A stretch of 63,940 bases of DNA, filler included, from Octopus bimaculoides (lineage: Eukaryota), in NCBI RefSeq assembly GCF_001194135.2. It is 7 parts of 7 records of this genome, joined end to end, with 100 filler letters (N's around TTAATTAATTAA, not from the genome) between each part and the next. Parts side by side here need not be neighbours in the genome. Positions count along the whole stretch, not along the records: positions 24,617 to 47,198 come from NC_068997.1; 6 more parts are not named here. One strand, written 5' to 3'. This document shows positions 26,480 through 39,470 of this stretch, piece by piece. Made by a program: the position numbers and the translations under genes. The stretch's first letter is position 1. Each line of letters begins with the position of its first letter. Under the pieces are notes generated by a model. It was not told the origin of the DNA. It saw only the letters and a program-made list of their open reading frames with translations, and did not search any database.

Positions 26480-26924
26480 CTATAAGACATTTCCATTATG
26501 GTTAGATTATCCGCTAAGCCTGAAGCTGAACGGTTGGGAATAAGAAATCCGTTCCTCGAACAGAATGATGCAGTCACGTGGAATACTTGAGAAAGTATTA
26601 CTGAATGGAATATTTAACTTGGAGACACCTCACAAGATGATTCTCTTCAGGCCAAGATATTTTTAGCCTCTGATCGATCAATCCATCTACCTGATCTCAG
26701 TAGGAAATTTTTGATATCTATGCTAACTTAGCTATTCCTTCCACATTGATCACTACATTTTCCATCTAAACTAGTTCCCAATCTATCCTGTTGCAACAGT
26801 AGTGTGATAAAAGCAGTAACAGTTAGGAATACCTGCGAAACAAAAAAAAGAAGCATAGAACATAACTACTAAAACATAAATAGAATGGAAAAAAATGGCA
26901 ATATGGCAAAAGTAAAATCTAAAT

Positions 26925-26975
<51 letters not shown>

Positions 26976-27486
26976 NNNNNNNNNNNNNNNNNNNNNNNNN
27001 NNNNNNNNNNNNNNNNNNNNNNNNNNNNNNNNNNNNNNNNNNNNNNNNNNNNNNNNNNNNNNNNNNNNNNNNNNNNNNNNNNNNNNNNNNNNNNNNNNNN
27101 NNNNNNNNNNNNNNNNNNNNNNNNNNNNNNNNNNNNNNNNNNNNNNNNNNNNNNNNNNNNNNNNNNNNNNNNNNNNNNNNNNNNNNNNNNNNNNNNNNNN
27201 NNNNNNNNNNNNNNNNNNNNNNNNNNNNNNNNNNNNNNNNNNNNNNNNNNNNNNNNNNNNNNNNNNNNNNNNNNNNNNNNNNNNNNNNNNNNNNNNNNNN
27301 NNNNNNNNNNNNNNNNNNNNNNNNNNNNNNNNNNNNNNNNNNNNNNNNNNNNNNNNNNNNNNNNNNNNNNNNNNNNNNNNNNNNNNNNNNNNNNNNNNNN
27401 NNNNNNNNNNNNNNNNNNNNNNNNNNNNNNNNNNNNNNNNNNNNNNNNNNNNNNNNNNNNNNNNNNNNNNNNNNNNNNNNNNNNNN

Positions 27487-27538
<52 letters not shown>

Positions 27539-27859
27539 ACAAACACACACACACACACACACACAAACAAGGCTAAATTTGACGATTTTTTTGTTTCTCT
27601 TTTTCAAGAGTAGCTTAGAATCTATCAGTGTACACTCAACGGCCTTAGAGTGCTTAAAGATGAAATACGAAATTTTTAGCTGACCGGGAGAACTGAATAT
27701 TGAAAAAGAGTCACCTGCTTCATACTGGTTCGCACCGGATATCAAAATGCCGATATTATGACTGCTTACTGCTCTATGAAAACTATAAAGTCTGTAAGAC
27801 GAAGCCTGGTAGCTGGGAAGGACACAGTAGGGCTTCTGATTCCTTCCACACCAGAATTC

Positions 27860-28340
27860 ATTTCTGCATATTCAAACAATCCATTAGGGTAAATTCTGAC
27901 GGCTATGTGAATCTAGCTGGATGCATTTGCTGCTGAAAGGCCATACGTGTAGCAGCAGTAAGACTCGGTTCCTTAACCCCGAAAAGAGATAGAAGTGGTT
28001 ATTGGGGAATTTTTACGACCCCAGCAGCCCCAACCTCTGGCCTCCTAATTACCCTGATTGTAATTCCATGTAGTACTATGTGTGAGGCGTGGTTCAGAAA
28101 GACACCATCCGCTCTCTCAGCAACATCAAGGCGAAACGGCTTACCAAGATGAAGAGGTGTTTGAGGAACGCCTACACCAAGTTCCTGGGCCGTCATGGGG
28201 CCTTGGTGGAGGATGAGAGCAGCTACTTTGAGCAACATAATCTTATTGATATTTTTGATTTTTTAAATATTTTTTATTTTTAGGTGAGATATTGTGTTTT
28301 TCCTTTTTGTGCAAACTGTAAGATTTAGTCCGATCCCCTT

Positions 28341-28341
<1 letters not shown>
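27860..28341 (+). mobile_element. Tc1/mariner DD37D-like transposase 3' fragment with a right TIR remnant
   Basis: Broken frames give HIFKQSIRVNSDGYV, ERPYV*QQ, NFYDPSSPNLWPPNYPDCNSM*YYV*GVVQKDT and LVEDESSYFE. The end reads CAAGGGGATCGGACTAAATC on the minus strand. Confidence 0.7.
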
Positions 28342-28397
<56 letters not shown>

Positions 28398-28749
28398 CGC
28401 AAACACATACATAGCTAGATACACTAAAAAAAACATTAGAGTTCAAACCCACACACTGAAAAGAAGGAAAACCTTAATTCCTTCATAGAATTCTTAACAA
28501 GACATATATCACAACATACACAGCCATTAACACACAGGTGGTCAGATTCCAAACATATTGAAAGGAATTCAACACNNNNNNNNNNNNNNNNNNNNNNNNN
28601 NNNNNNNNNNNNNNNNNNNNNNNNNNNNNNNNNNNNNNNNNNNNNNNNNNNNNNNNNNNNNNNNNNNNNNNNNNNNNNNNNNNNNNNNNNNNNNNNNNNN
28701 NNNNNNNNNNNNNNNNNNNNNNNNNNNNNNNNNNNNNNNNNNNNNNNNN

Positions 28750-28801
<52 letters not shown>

Positions 28802-30109
28802 ACACACAGCTGGACATAAAACCCATTCAATAAATGTTTTTAAGCGACTCTCTCGACAGGAACCCACAGCTTTTTTGACAATAAACAACTCCATCCCCTC
28901 TCTTCCTCTCTAACACCTTGAAGTCTATACCAAATTATTTACAAACGCACAATATTTAAAGAAGATTTTGCGGAAAAACTCCAGACATATTCTAACCACC
29001 AAACAGAAGATTAATACAAACTGTTTTTACTTCAAATTCCAAATTGTTATTAATATTTGATGAGACGAATTTCATCACCGAAACCAGTAATATTTTATAT
29101 TTTCTATGTATATATATATATAAAAATTCAATCATTTTATTAATTTCTTTCTAAATTAAAATATCTTAAATTTACTTCTGTGCTGTTTCCACCTCCATCT
29201 TTTATACATAAAAAATTTGATTTGCATAGATCTCTAATCTTTTTTCAGCCATATATATATAATAATCCATGGATGGAATTTATAAATATTTTAATGCATT
29301 TACGTGCGTTTCCACAAATCTCATGCTTCTTACGATCATAGTCAGTATTCCTAGAATGATTACAATATTGTCCCTAGTATCCATAGACATCAAGTGGATC
29401 ATATTCATGTGTTCAGTTCCTCAGGTGATATGGCATTAAGGTTGGAAGTATAACTGAAGGTCGTTCATCAATTTTCACCAATGAAATATTTGTTTGGAAT
29501 ATGTGAGCAGTTCGGTGTGTATTTGGTGGGGAGTAGAAGGTTATGGAAAGAGAAGACGGAAAGGTAATTATAAAGGAGACGGTGGAGTGTGTGATGATGC
29601 TAGACTTGTTTTGATATTTGTGGATGCAAGTGTCGGGATGGGTGATATAGTTCATTGGTTCGACTTTGGTCATAGCAGACACCACCTCAATGAATTCAAA
29701 TGTAATAAGGTCAGGAAGTACAGTTATTCATCCTGTTGTTGAAGTTCATTGTCTAAGTTGACAAATGATTTTCTCTTAAAATGTCCTTTAATTACTTTTG
29801 GTGGTATAATGGTATAGCATATAACATGAAAATAATGGTTATTTTGTTTAATTGGGTTTATTATGTCCTTTTCTTGTTCCATTATATGCTAATGACGGTT
29901 AGAGTTCTTTCTGTGTCAAAATGTTCTTTTCGAATTTTAGGAATGATGCCTTGCTTTTATGCTTATCTGATATAATTACTTCCGAATGTCTATTAATTGT
30001 TTTCTTTGGACATAATAAAATATGAGCTTTTATATCCATACTCAAAAATGTTTCCTGTAAACGAGCGTAAAGGATGTATCAGACTTGTACAATCCATACG
30101 AAAATATAA

Positions 30110-30420
30110 CTAGTTTAAGCGAAAGCTCCAGGATTAAAAGAATAAATTTGGATGTATCAATGAAGGGTTTTCCTATACCGAACAGAAGGGAATGTTTGAA
30201 GCAGATGATGGAATCCATAAGTGCATTCATTAACAGACTGAGATGGAGACAGTATTTCTTTGACAGGAAAAATGAAAGCATTAGTAACAATACAGAATTC
30301 CGGGGAAATCTGAAGAAAAATTTCAAATCCCTCAACAACCCACCACCAAACAGGGCTTTGGCGCCATTCGAAGAAGAACTATATAATACAATTAGAAATA
30401 CCAAATTCAGGAAATCCTTC
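30110..30420 (+). mobile_element. Penelope-like element ORF N-terminal fragment
   Basis: SMKGFPIPNRRECLKQMMESISAFINRLRWRQYFF..NFKSLNNPPPNRALAPFEEELYNTIRNTKFRKS resembles the region upstream of the RT in invertebrate GIY-YIG PLEs. Confidence 0.55.
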
Positions 30421-30995
30421 ATTATATCGACACGGCTCGGTAAAACCCCATGAAACTGCTATTGCTAGTTAGTATCATTAGGCTGTAGCCGACATAATGG
30501 AATAGGAAGTTTTATATTCACACTCAAAAACGTTTTCTGTAAACGAACTTAAATTCCGAAGAGAGGCAACTCTGGGCACACTTAATTAAAGCCGTACCTT
30601 TCTTGGATTAAGCGGTCTAATGGCGCAACTCAGTCAATGCTCTTAGGTACTTCCCGTTGATAACGGCTGAAGAGCTAGAAACGCGTCTGGGAATCCGACA
30701 GGGTCAGCACTGGATATGTATTATATTTTCACATCATTTTACGATAAGAGAGAATTATTTTCTCCGCGGTAACAGCAGAGAGTTTGCCTTTAGAAGCTGA
30801 AATATGCCACAAACATATCTTAACTAACCCGAAGTTCGTTTGTGTCTAAACACTGCTTGAAGCTGATACTGCTCTGTACGTCTGTGCGTACTTACAAAAG
30901 CACATATTGTACTCACACACATATACACACACACGTCTGGGGGAGCATTATATTTTATATAAGAACATGACATACACAAATATAAATCTAAATGC

Positions 30996-31027
<32 letters not shown>

Positions 31028-31108
31028 CTCTCCCCCCCTCTCCCCCCTCTCTCCCTCCGCTCTCTCTCCTCTCTCTCTCTCCCCCTCTCTCTCCTCTCTC
31101 TCTCCCCC

Positions 31109-31156
<48 letters not shown>

Positions 31157-31681
31157 AACACACATTCGCACGCATGCACATACACGCGCGCACACATATA
31201 TCTATACGTATATCTACACGCATATATTTGTATAAATATATACATACTCACACACATACAGAAACATACTCACATATGCACATACACACAAATACACGCA
31301 TCATACACATATATGTTCGCTGACACAAACATATCTATAAACATCTTTATGTATGAATTAGTGAATCCATATAAATAAGTCGTAGTCTTAAATCTTCATG
31401 AAAACTTTTTTAAAAAATGGCTCTCTGACCTAATAAATAGTAGCGAATCTTTTATTTTAGCAATCATTTTGGGAATTTGTAATTGCCAGAATGACATGAT
31501 TAACAGCTGTTTTTAAGAAACAATTAAAATGTCATTGAATTTAGACCATGTTGAAAGTTTTAACGAACGTTTTTGGAGAAAATCTTGTTATGATAGAGTT
31601 GTGAACATAAAATCTGCTAACTTGCAAATTTTTCAATTTTAGAAAGGAAATGAAAAAATCGAGTAAAAAATATGCTGGTTA

Positions 31682-31902
31682 AATAATCCTTTTTACTAAA
31701 GGCACAAAACTTGAAATTTTGTGGGAGGGGACAAGCCGATCACATCAACCTCAGTGTCTCACTGGTACTTAATTTATCGACCCCGAAAAGATGAAAGGCA
31801 AAGTAGACTCCCAGCAGAATTTGAACTCAGAACATGAAGACGGACGAAATGCCGCTAAACGTTTCACACGGCGTGCTAACGATTCTGCCAGCTCACCGCC
31901 TT
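31682..31902 (-). mobile_element. SINE family 1, full length
   Basis: Reverse complement of the consensus. Confidence 0.85.
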
Positions 31903-32049
31903 ATGCTGGTCAAATAATGAGGTTGACAAATTAACGTTAGGAGATTGACAGACATTTCATAAAAGCAAGTAAGGTTTCAAGAAAGAGGAAAGATGGGGAA
32001 ATGTATTGAATAGAGAACGATTGTACTGGTCAATATTTCACAAATTAAT

Positions 32050-32437
32050 AAAGCCGGGAAAATGCTTGGCGGCACGTCGTCCGTTTTTACGTTCTGTGTT
32101 CCCATTCCATCGTGGTCGACTTAACGTTTCATTCTCCCGGGATCGATAAAACAAATACCAGTTGAGCACTGGAGTCGATGTAATGAACTTGACTCCCTCC
32201 TTCAAAATTGCTGGCCTTGTGTCAAGAATTGAAGCCAGCATTCCGTAGATTAATATGACGGTGAGTTGATAGAATTGTTAGCACGCCAGGAAAAAGTTTT
32301 AGCGGCATTTCGTCCTTCTTTAAGTTCTGATTTCAAATTCCACAGAGGTCGACTTTGCCTTTCAGCTGGGGTCTATGTAACTGACTTACCCTTTCCCCGA
32401 ACTTGTTGGCCTTGTGCCAAAAGTTGAAACCAATATT
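32050..32437 (+). mobile_element. Two tandem diverged SINE family 1 copies (32050-32242, 32256-32437)
   Basis: Both align with the consensus; the second has an internal deletion. Confidence 0.75.
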
Positions 32438-34189
32438 CATTGATCCGTGAAATATACGTTTGTTAACAAGATTTGGAGTACGTTGTTGATGATGATGATG
32501 TTGATACTGGTGGTATAGGGAGGAAAAGAAGTATTGCTTATAAGAATCAGGATGTAGAGATGTTAACATTGCTGTTGTTTAGATCTATGTCAGTATGGAG
32601 CATGCAGATCTGTTATGAACGACAATCCGTCTATGATGAACTAGTGTTTTACATTACGCAATGTATCCTTTCATAATTTAAGAGAGCAGAATGTTAGTTA
32701 AGGGAGATTTCTTGCAGGTTCTTGTTACTGTTCAGTACCTGTGTTCAGCCCGATGATGAGTATTCAGGTGTTCGATCAACTCAATTGTCTCGTAATTGAA
32801 TTAACGTAATTGAATTGTTGGTTGAACATTTTAAGGACACCTGTACTCTTAGCAATTTTCAGTGACACCATATCTAACAATACTGCACCTTTAAATTACA
32901 TGTAAAATCCATCAGACTAGTTTCTGTAAACTTTCAGTCTACCTAGTTTACCAATAAGGTTTGTGTTGACCCAAGAATATGGTAAAAAGACCAGTTAGAT
33001 ATACAATACTGTTAAAGATCAGGAATATTCTGATGTTTTTTTTTTTTTTGCTTTTGTCTGGCAGAAGGAGTTGCAGTCATAACCTTCATAGGCTCTGCAA
33101 GACCAGTGAAATCGCAGATTAGAACTGTTAGTTCCTTTCTGTTCATTTATCACCTTGTTAAATCACCAAAATGAATTGCTTTTTTCTCACAAGCTACTAA
33201 AGGGAAATTTTAGGTGAATTCTAAATTAGTTAAATGTAAAATCTAATGCTGGATTACGTTTTAAGATCAATATTTCAGGACTACAAATTTTATAATGAAG
33301 ACGAAATATACTTCGTCTATAGTAGTAATCGTACGTCAGGTAACCTATAAGCTAAACATACTCAACTTATTACATCTTTCTAAGCACTTAATTAGTTATA
33401 TCTTTCTCATTATGAGTTACCATTGTAATCATCATCGTTACAAATAAGGACAATAATCATCAAGTCAAAAAGGAACCTTCTTTCTCAGTCACTTGTTTTG
33501 CTAGAAATAACAGTAGCCGAATCTCACTTAAATAAAACCTATATATTTAACAAAAAAGGAACGCACTGGAAAATGTAGTCAAGGACATACAAAAAGATGA
33601 GGTGTTAAACAAATGCAGAAATCTGCCCAGTGAAATTCACTTTCTTCTCTGCACAGTTTTCTACTCAATTGCTTTGGCGCTTGCATTTCATGATTTGTCT
33701 ACATTTTACGGTTGAGTGATCTCAGTCAATTTTCGTTGAAATCCCACGCATAGCTCTAACAATAAAATTATGATGTTTTGGTATGTGAAATAAAGACCCC
33801 AATTACATGATGAACAGAAGCAAGAATAAAAAACAAAACAAAGCATAAGCATCGGAAATAATGTAATTTCATGAAAACGACGGGAGTAATGTGAAGGACG
33901 AAGGGAAATTGTAAAATAGGAAACAAAAAGAAACAAAGCACAAAGTATATTGATTGGCCGGCTGTAACTGGCACAAAATGATATTGAAAGCGTGCTTTGA
34001 AACTTAGAAATATCCCAGTATATTACCGATTAAGAATGTAGTGATATCACAAACTTTCTTGAGATGAAGGCGTTAAGTTTTACAAACAGTGAGAAGACGA
34101 CGCTTTGACAATGTGCAAAAAATATGTAAAAAAAAACAATACAGGTCTATTTGTGCATGTTTTAACAAGATAATTGAACCCGATTAGTT

Positions 34190-34365
34190 ATTGTTGTTGC
34201 TGTTGTTGTTGTTGTTGTTGTTATTGTTGTTGTTGTTGTTGTTGTTCTTCTTCTTCTTCTTCTTCTTCTTGTTCTTCTTCTTCTTGTTCTTCTTCTTCTT
34301 CTTCTTCTTCTTCTTCTTCTTCTTCTTCTTCTTCTTCTTCTTCTTCTTCTTCTTCTTCTTCTTCT
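34190..34365. repeat. (TTG)n-(TTC)n microsatellite
   Basis: Direct reading. Confidence 0.95.
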
Positions 34366-36362
34366 CGATATTATCATATTGAAAACCCTTATTAAAAGAC
34401 GGGTAGTATCAGTAACTGCACAGCCATCAGAAACCACTATAACCACTACTGTTTACCCCTCCCCCATTGTCGCTGCTCTTACTTTTGCCTCTGCTCTTAA
34501 TTTCGCCATCGCGCCTACTTCTGCCGCTGCCGGCTCGGACTCTGCATAATGGGTCATGGGCACAGCCTTCTCCCCTGAGGGAACATTAGATAAGGCTGCG
34601 TTAAAAAAAAGCTCTTCTCCGCTCCTTTTACCCTGAAACTCAATGATCATCATCGCTAAAAAATGCGCATGAGAAGAAATATCAATTGGCTAAGATCGCA
34701 AGTCTGCAAAAAAAGTTTATATAATTCAGTAGACCCAACAAACAAGAAAAATAAAGGGGGGAATTAGAAAAGAATTTCCTGTTTCTTAGAGTTGTAAAAT
34801 ATCGAGTATAAAAATTTGGTGGGGATTAACTGACGAGTGAAGTGCACTAGGAAATTATCGACGACCGTTTGTTTCTAAAGGCTGAACTACCGACATTATA
34901 TTATTTGCAGTAAGCATGAACCTGTAAATATTCAGTGACATTACTTAAAGGTTCCCTTTGCTTGATTACATTTTCAAATTGGAGCCCGTAAAAGACAGGA
35001 TTGTGACTGGCAGTTCTGAAGTTGTCAACCACTTTTCTCAGTCCTCACTCCAATAGACTTCAGCGAGAGCAAGCTGATCTGTTGTAGCAAATATGCGTTT
35101 GAGAGAGGGGTGGGGTCAACTGTTTCGGATTATCAAACATTTCTGGCGTCAAACCATGGGAAATGTATATGTTACCGGCAAAAGGCTCCTTAGAGGTATA
35201 TTCCCTCAGCCCTGTTGTTGGTATAATCCGTGCCGTTATTTCCTTGCGTATATATTTTTTGTTCATGACAAGCGCATGGGATGTACTGCCCGGATGAGAT
35301 TGAGCAGGATCAAAACATGACCATTGCTTTCAATAGTTGACTTTTAAAGGCCAGATCTACTCCGAACTGCATTATATTTATTTTCTCCAAATTTCGATTT
35401 GGATTGATTGGAGTTGTCTATCTTGCTTATTAGTATTTATAGATTTTTAAAACAACTTAATCAGCATTTTTTGTCTTCCATTTACAAGGGTAATTTCATC
35501 TAATTCAACTCACTATATTACATATATGAGACTAACGTACATATAGAGTTCTTTCACATCCTTATATTCTAATCGACTCAAGTTTATACTTAACCATTCT
35601 GTTCTGAAGTAACTTAATAAATTTTTGCAGTTTCTTCTGTAATACAGTACACATCCCACGGTCAAGAAATAATTCTTGAATTCTAATACGAGACTAAAAG
35701 TTGGAACTTATTTAGAGCTGTGAAGTCTTCAATAGATGGTGTGCAGTATTTTTCATTTTATTGTATTTTCCAACTTTTAGAATGCATATTATCAATTTCG
35801 TGCAAAGATCTTGTTGAAAGGTGCACTAATTTTTAGTTTCTCTCGGTGTTTCTCTTAGAAATTCTATGCTACTTTATTCATTAGAAAATATATTTATTTT
35901 TATTGTATAATATTCACATTTCTCATCCTTTAGTTAATATTTTTTTGTCCATAATATACACGGAAACAGAATAGTGTTTACAAAACCTTATATAGATATT
36001 TTGTTACCTAAGTCCAACTTAAAATTTTGCGTATGCGTATGATGCCGACTTCTCTTAAATAAGAACCTCACTGCAAGTATTACAACACTGATGACTGTAC
36101 TTTAACTAGATATAATAATGTAGTAACTGTCAACATCGGAATCAAATGACATTCAGAAATGAACTCAAAAACTATACTTGCTGAACTAATTAAAATCACT
36201 GGGGCATAGGTGACGTGATCAAGCATACCATTTGTAATTAGAGTGCTACTAGTCTGATACAGATGTTGGCAGATTTTCAATAAGTTCAATAAAGGGAAGT
36301 TCGGGAAATTGAAAATATAAAGTTGGCAATAAATTTGTTAAAGATAACGATTTCTACCAAGA

Positions 36363-36438
36363 AACGTTCTAACATAATATACTGAAATATTTTTCAAGCT
36401 AACGTTCTAACATAATATACTGAAATATTTTTCAAGCT
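36363..36438. repeat. Perfect 38-bp tandem duplication
   Basis: aacgttctaacataatatactgaaatatttttcaagct occurs twice. Confidence 0.95.
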
Positions 36439-36779
36439 ATTAAGAAATAGACAAATTATACTGAGTAAAACAGAAACAGAGACAGGAACACAGAAAGACC
36501 CATACATATAAATAGTGTCTTCTAGGGGGTTATAGAAACATATAGGGTACATACACAAATTATATAAAAACTAGGGTAAAGAAATGACATGACACACACA
36601 ATATATATATATAAATATATATATCTTCTCATACAGGTAAATCGTTACATAATTTACTTTAAACATAAATTTAACTCCTGTAAATACGAGGATCTGTATG
36701 TATCGAAACATTTGTAGTGATTAAAAAGCTGCCTAACCTTTCTTACTCTTCCTTTTCACTCTTAGTTTTTACTTTATAA

Positions 36780-37025
36780 TTTGTGTTCGTGGGAAGAGCC
36801 ATTTTAACGATTCGTCCTGACCTAACTCTTCGAAACGCTGGTGTTTTAATGGTGGCAGCTGATGAAGGATATGTTCTCTATGTGGCCTGCTTGTTTTTTG
36901 TACCTTGTTTATCATTTTGTCCATGTTCTTTTGCAACGTCATGTACCCAGATATGTATCTATATGTACATGTAGATGAAGGTATGTACATACATGTACAT
37001 ATATATGCTTATACTCATATATTGT
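36780..37025 (+). mobile_element. Interspersed repeat family B (Penelope-like end; contains gaaacgct..gcagctgatgaagg)
   Basis: Second copy in reverse orientation at 38820-39028; both abut (TA)n. Confidence 0.55.
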
Positions 37026-37291
37026 TTATATATATATATATATATATATNNNNNNNNNNNNNNNNNNNNNNNNNNNNNNNNNNNNNNNNNNNNNNNNNNN
37101 NNNNNNNNNNNNNNNNNNNNNNNNNNNNNNNNNNNNNNNNNNNNNNNNNNNNNNNNNNNNNNNNNNNNNNNNNNNNNNNNNNNNNNNNNNNNNNNNNNNN
37201 NNNNNNNNNNNNNNNNNNNNNNNNNNNNNNNNNNNNNNNNNNNNNNNNNNNNNNNNNNNNNNNNNNNNNNNNNNNNNNNNNNNNNNNNNNN

Positions 37292-37364
<73 letters not shown>

Positions 37365-38576
37365 TATATATTCTATGCTGCATCAGCATGGAATTTTTGT
37401 GTGTTTTTAAATGACTTATAAATACCTTCCACCCTCCAATTGTTTTTGTTTCAGCACACGATCTCAGATCAGGTTACTTGCAATGCAAGTACATCTGTGT
37501 AATATATTGTACTTAATTTTCGTATATATATATTTAATAATCCTTGACATTTCTTGAAGATTGACTCGTACTAAACCATAATCAGGACCATAATCATAAT
37601 CATTTACAGGTTTGTGTCATTCTTGGAAAGGATATGCAGACTTTTCCTTCATTAAAAGGCTACCAAATCCTGCCAAAACGAGAAAAAGAAAATAGAAAGA
37701 TAATTGTAGTCCGAAGAATTGCTAGGATAATGTGAACTGTGACGCATGCACAAGCATTGCCTAGAATGCTGGGTGATCTCTGAATAAAAATCTTGATGAC
37801 TTACAGCCTTGCTTCAGGTATTATATATTCAATAGGTCAATGACTTTTTCAGTAATATATAGCATTAAAGAAAACATAACGATGCAGCTAATAAATATAT
37901 AATTAAACAAATAAGTAAAAATTAATCCTTTAAAATGCAAGTTATCTAACCTATGAAATGGATCTGCGAAATGTCAAAGTAGACACGAGAGAAAAATAAA
38001 TGTTAAAATATATAAAAGTAAACGGAAAAAAAATATATACGCATATACTCACACAAACACTCATACACTCAAACACACACACTATGCACGCACGCAAACA
38101 CACACATTCACACACGCACTCATAGAAACTTTGTGTATGTGTGTGTAAGTATGTGTGTGTGCATATGTGAGCAAAATATATTATTATATACGAGATTTAT
38201 GTCACGATAGTGATCGATATCCTGATACTATTAATTAAAAATGCATATGCATATTAATATATGTAAAATCGTGAAACAAACACAAAATTCCAAACTTTGA
38301 GATATCGAAGTTTCATGTGTAACATTCACAATCATCAGTGAGGAAGAATTCTATAATAATGCATATCTAATATATAAATGTAACGTGTAAGGCAGTTTTG
38401 CTGGGAATAAATGTTAATGAATTAACATAAAAAAATACCTCCTTCGTCCCGACATTCGAAACTCCGAGTACTATAACGACAATTTTATTGTATTCCATGT
38501 TTTCATATTTCGTACTTCATGTTGTTTACGTTCCGTGGTGTCGTGTGCCCATATATGCATGTTTATATATGTATAT

Positions 38577-38780
38577 ATATATGATAGATCGCTGACCACA
38601 ACATTCAAATTTTTTTTCTCCGTGTTTTTCTCTTTGTTTTCTCCTTATTCTTTCTGTTGAAGAGCGTAGCTCGAAACGTTAAAGACTTTCTCTATTCCCG
38701 AGCGTTAAACTAATACATCCTTTTGTTGTTTACACCACCTGTCCTCGACTGTTGTTGTTTTTTTCGTAAATTCTCCCATA
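38577..38780 (+). mobile_element. Penelope-like terminal repeat, family A (best copy; hammerhead-like fold at 38649-38685)
   Basis: Homologous copies at 2528-2716, 4508-4580 (minus) and 63806-63940; abuts (TA)n. The Penelope assignment rests on the hammerhead-like motif. Confidence 0.6.
38649..38685 (+). ncRNA. Variant minimal hammerhead (A6 to U core)
   Basis: UCUUU-CUGUUGA-A-GAGC(GUA)GCUC-GAAAC-GUU-AAAGA: perfect 5-bp stem I and 4-bp stem II. Confidence 0.55.
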
Positions 38781-38782
38781 TA

Positions 38783-38819
<37 letters not shown>

Positions 38820-38821
<2 letters not shown>

Positions 38822-39028
38822 CAAATAATATGTGAGTATATGCATATATACGTACATGTAAGTATATACTTACATCTACATGTATATAGAGATGCATATC
38901 TGGGTACAGGACGTCACAAAAAAAACGTGGACAAAAGGAAAAACAACATAAACAGAGCAAAGAAAACAAACAGGCCACATAGAGAATATTTCCTTCATCA
39001 GCTGCCCCTATTCTAAACTAAGCGTTTC
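38820..39028 (-). mobile_element. Repeat family B, inverted copy
   Basis: Reverse complement of about 36830-37020. Confidence 0.55.
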
Positions 39029-39051
39029 ATATATATATATGAAACGCTTAG
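39018..39051. repeat. Perfect 34-bp palindrome
   Basis: ctaagcgtttc-(at)6-gaaacgcttag. Confidence 0.95.
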
Positions 39052-39120
39052 TGTCGGGGACGTAAACACACCAGCATCGGTTGTCAAGCGAAGTTGGGGG
39101 GACAAACACAGACACACAAA
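39052..39120 (-). mobile_element. SINE family 2 fragment
   Basis: ggggacgtaaacacaccagcatcggttgtcaagcg. Confidence 0.6.
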
Positions 39121-39314
39121 CATATACACGCACATACATACATACATACATACATACACACACACNNNNNNNNNNNNNNNNNNNNNNNNNNNNNNNNNNN
39201 NNNNNNNNNNNNNNNNNNNNNNNNNNNNNNNNNNNNNNNNNNNNNNNNNNNNNNNNNNNNNNNNNNNNNNNNNNNNNNNNNNTTGGTAAGCAAGCTACTT
39301 ACCACAATGCTACT

Positions 39315-39410
39315 CCTATCAATAATAATAACAACAGCAAGAAGAAGAAGAAGAAGAAGAAGAAGAAGAAGAAGAAGAAGAAGAAGAAGAAGAACAACAA
39401 CAACAACAAC

Positions 39411-39451
<41 letters not shown>

Positions 39452-39470
39452 TAATAATAATAATAATAAA
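39315..39470. repeat. (AAG)n-(AAC)n-(AAT)n compound microsatellite
   Basis: Direct reading. Confidence 0.95.

Noticed and set aside
34453-34653. Ala-rich minus-strand ORF as a first coding exon
   Set aside because: Explained by degenerate GCA/GTA-type low complexity; no recognisable protein or partner exons.
36820-36880. GAAAC..CUGAUGA in repeat family B as a permuted (type II) hammerhead
   Set aside because: No NUH triplet with paired stem III, and only weak stem II pairing could be drawn.
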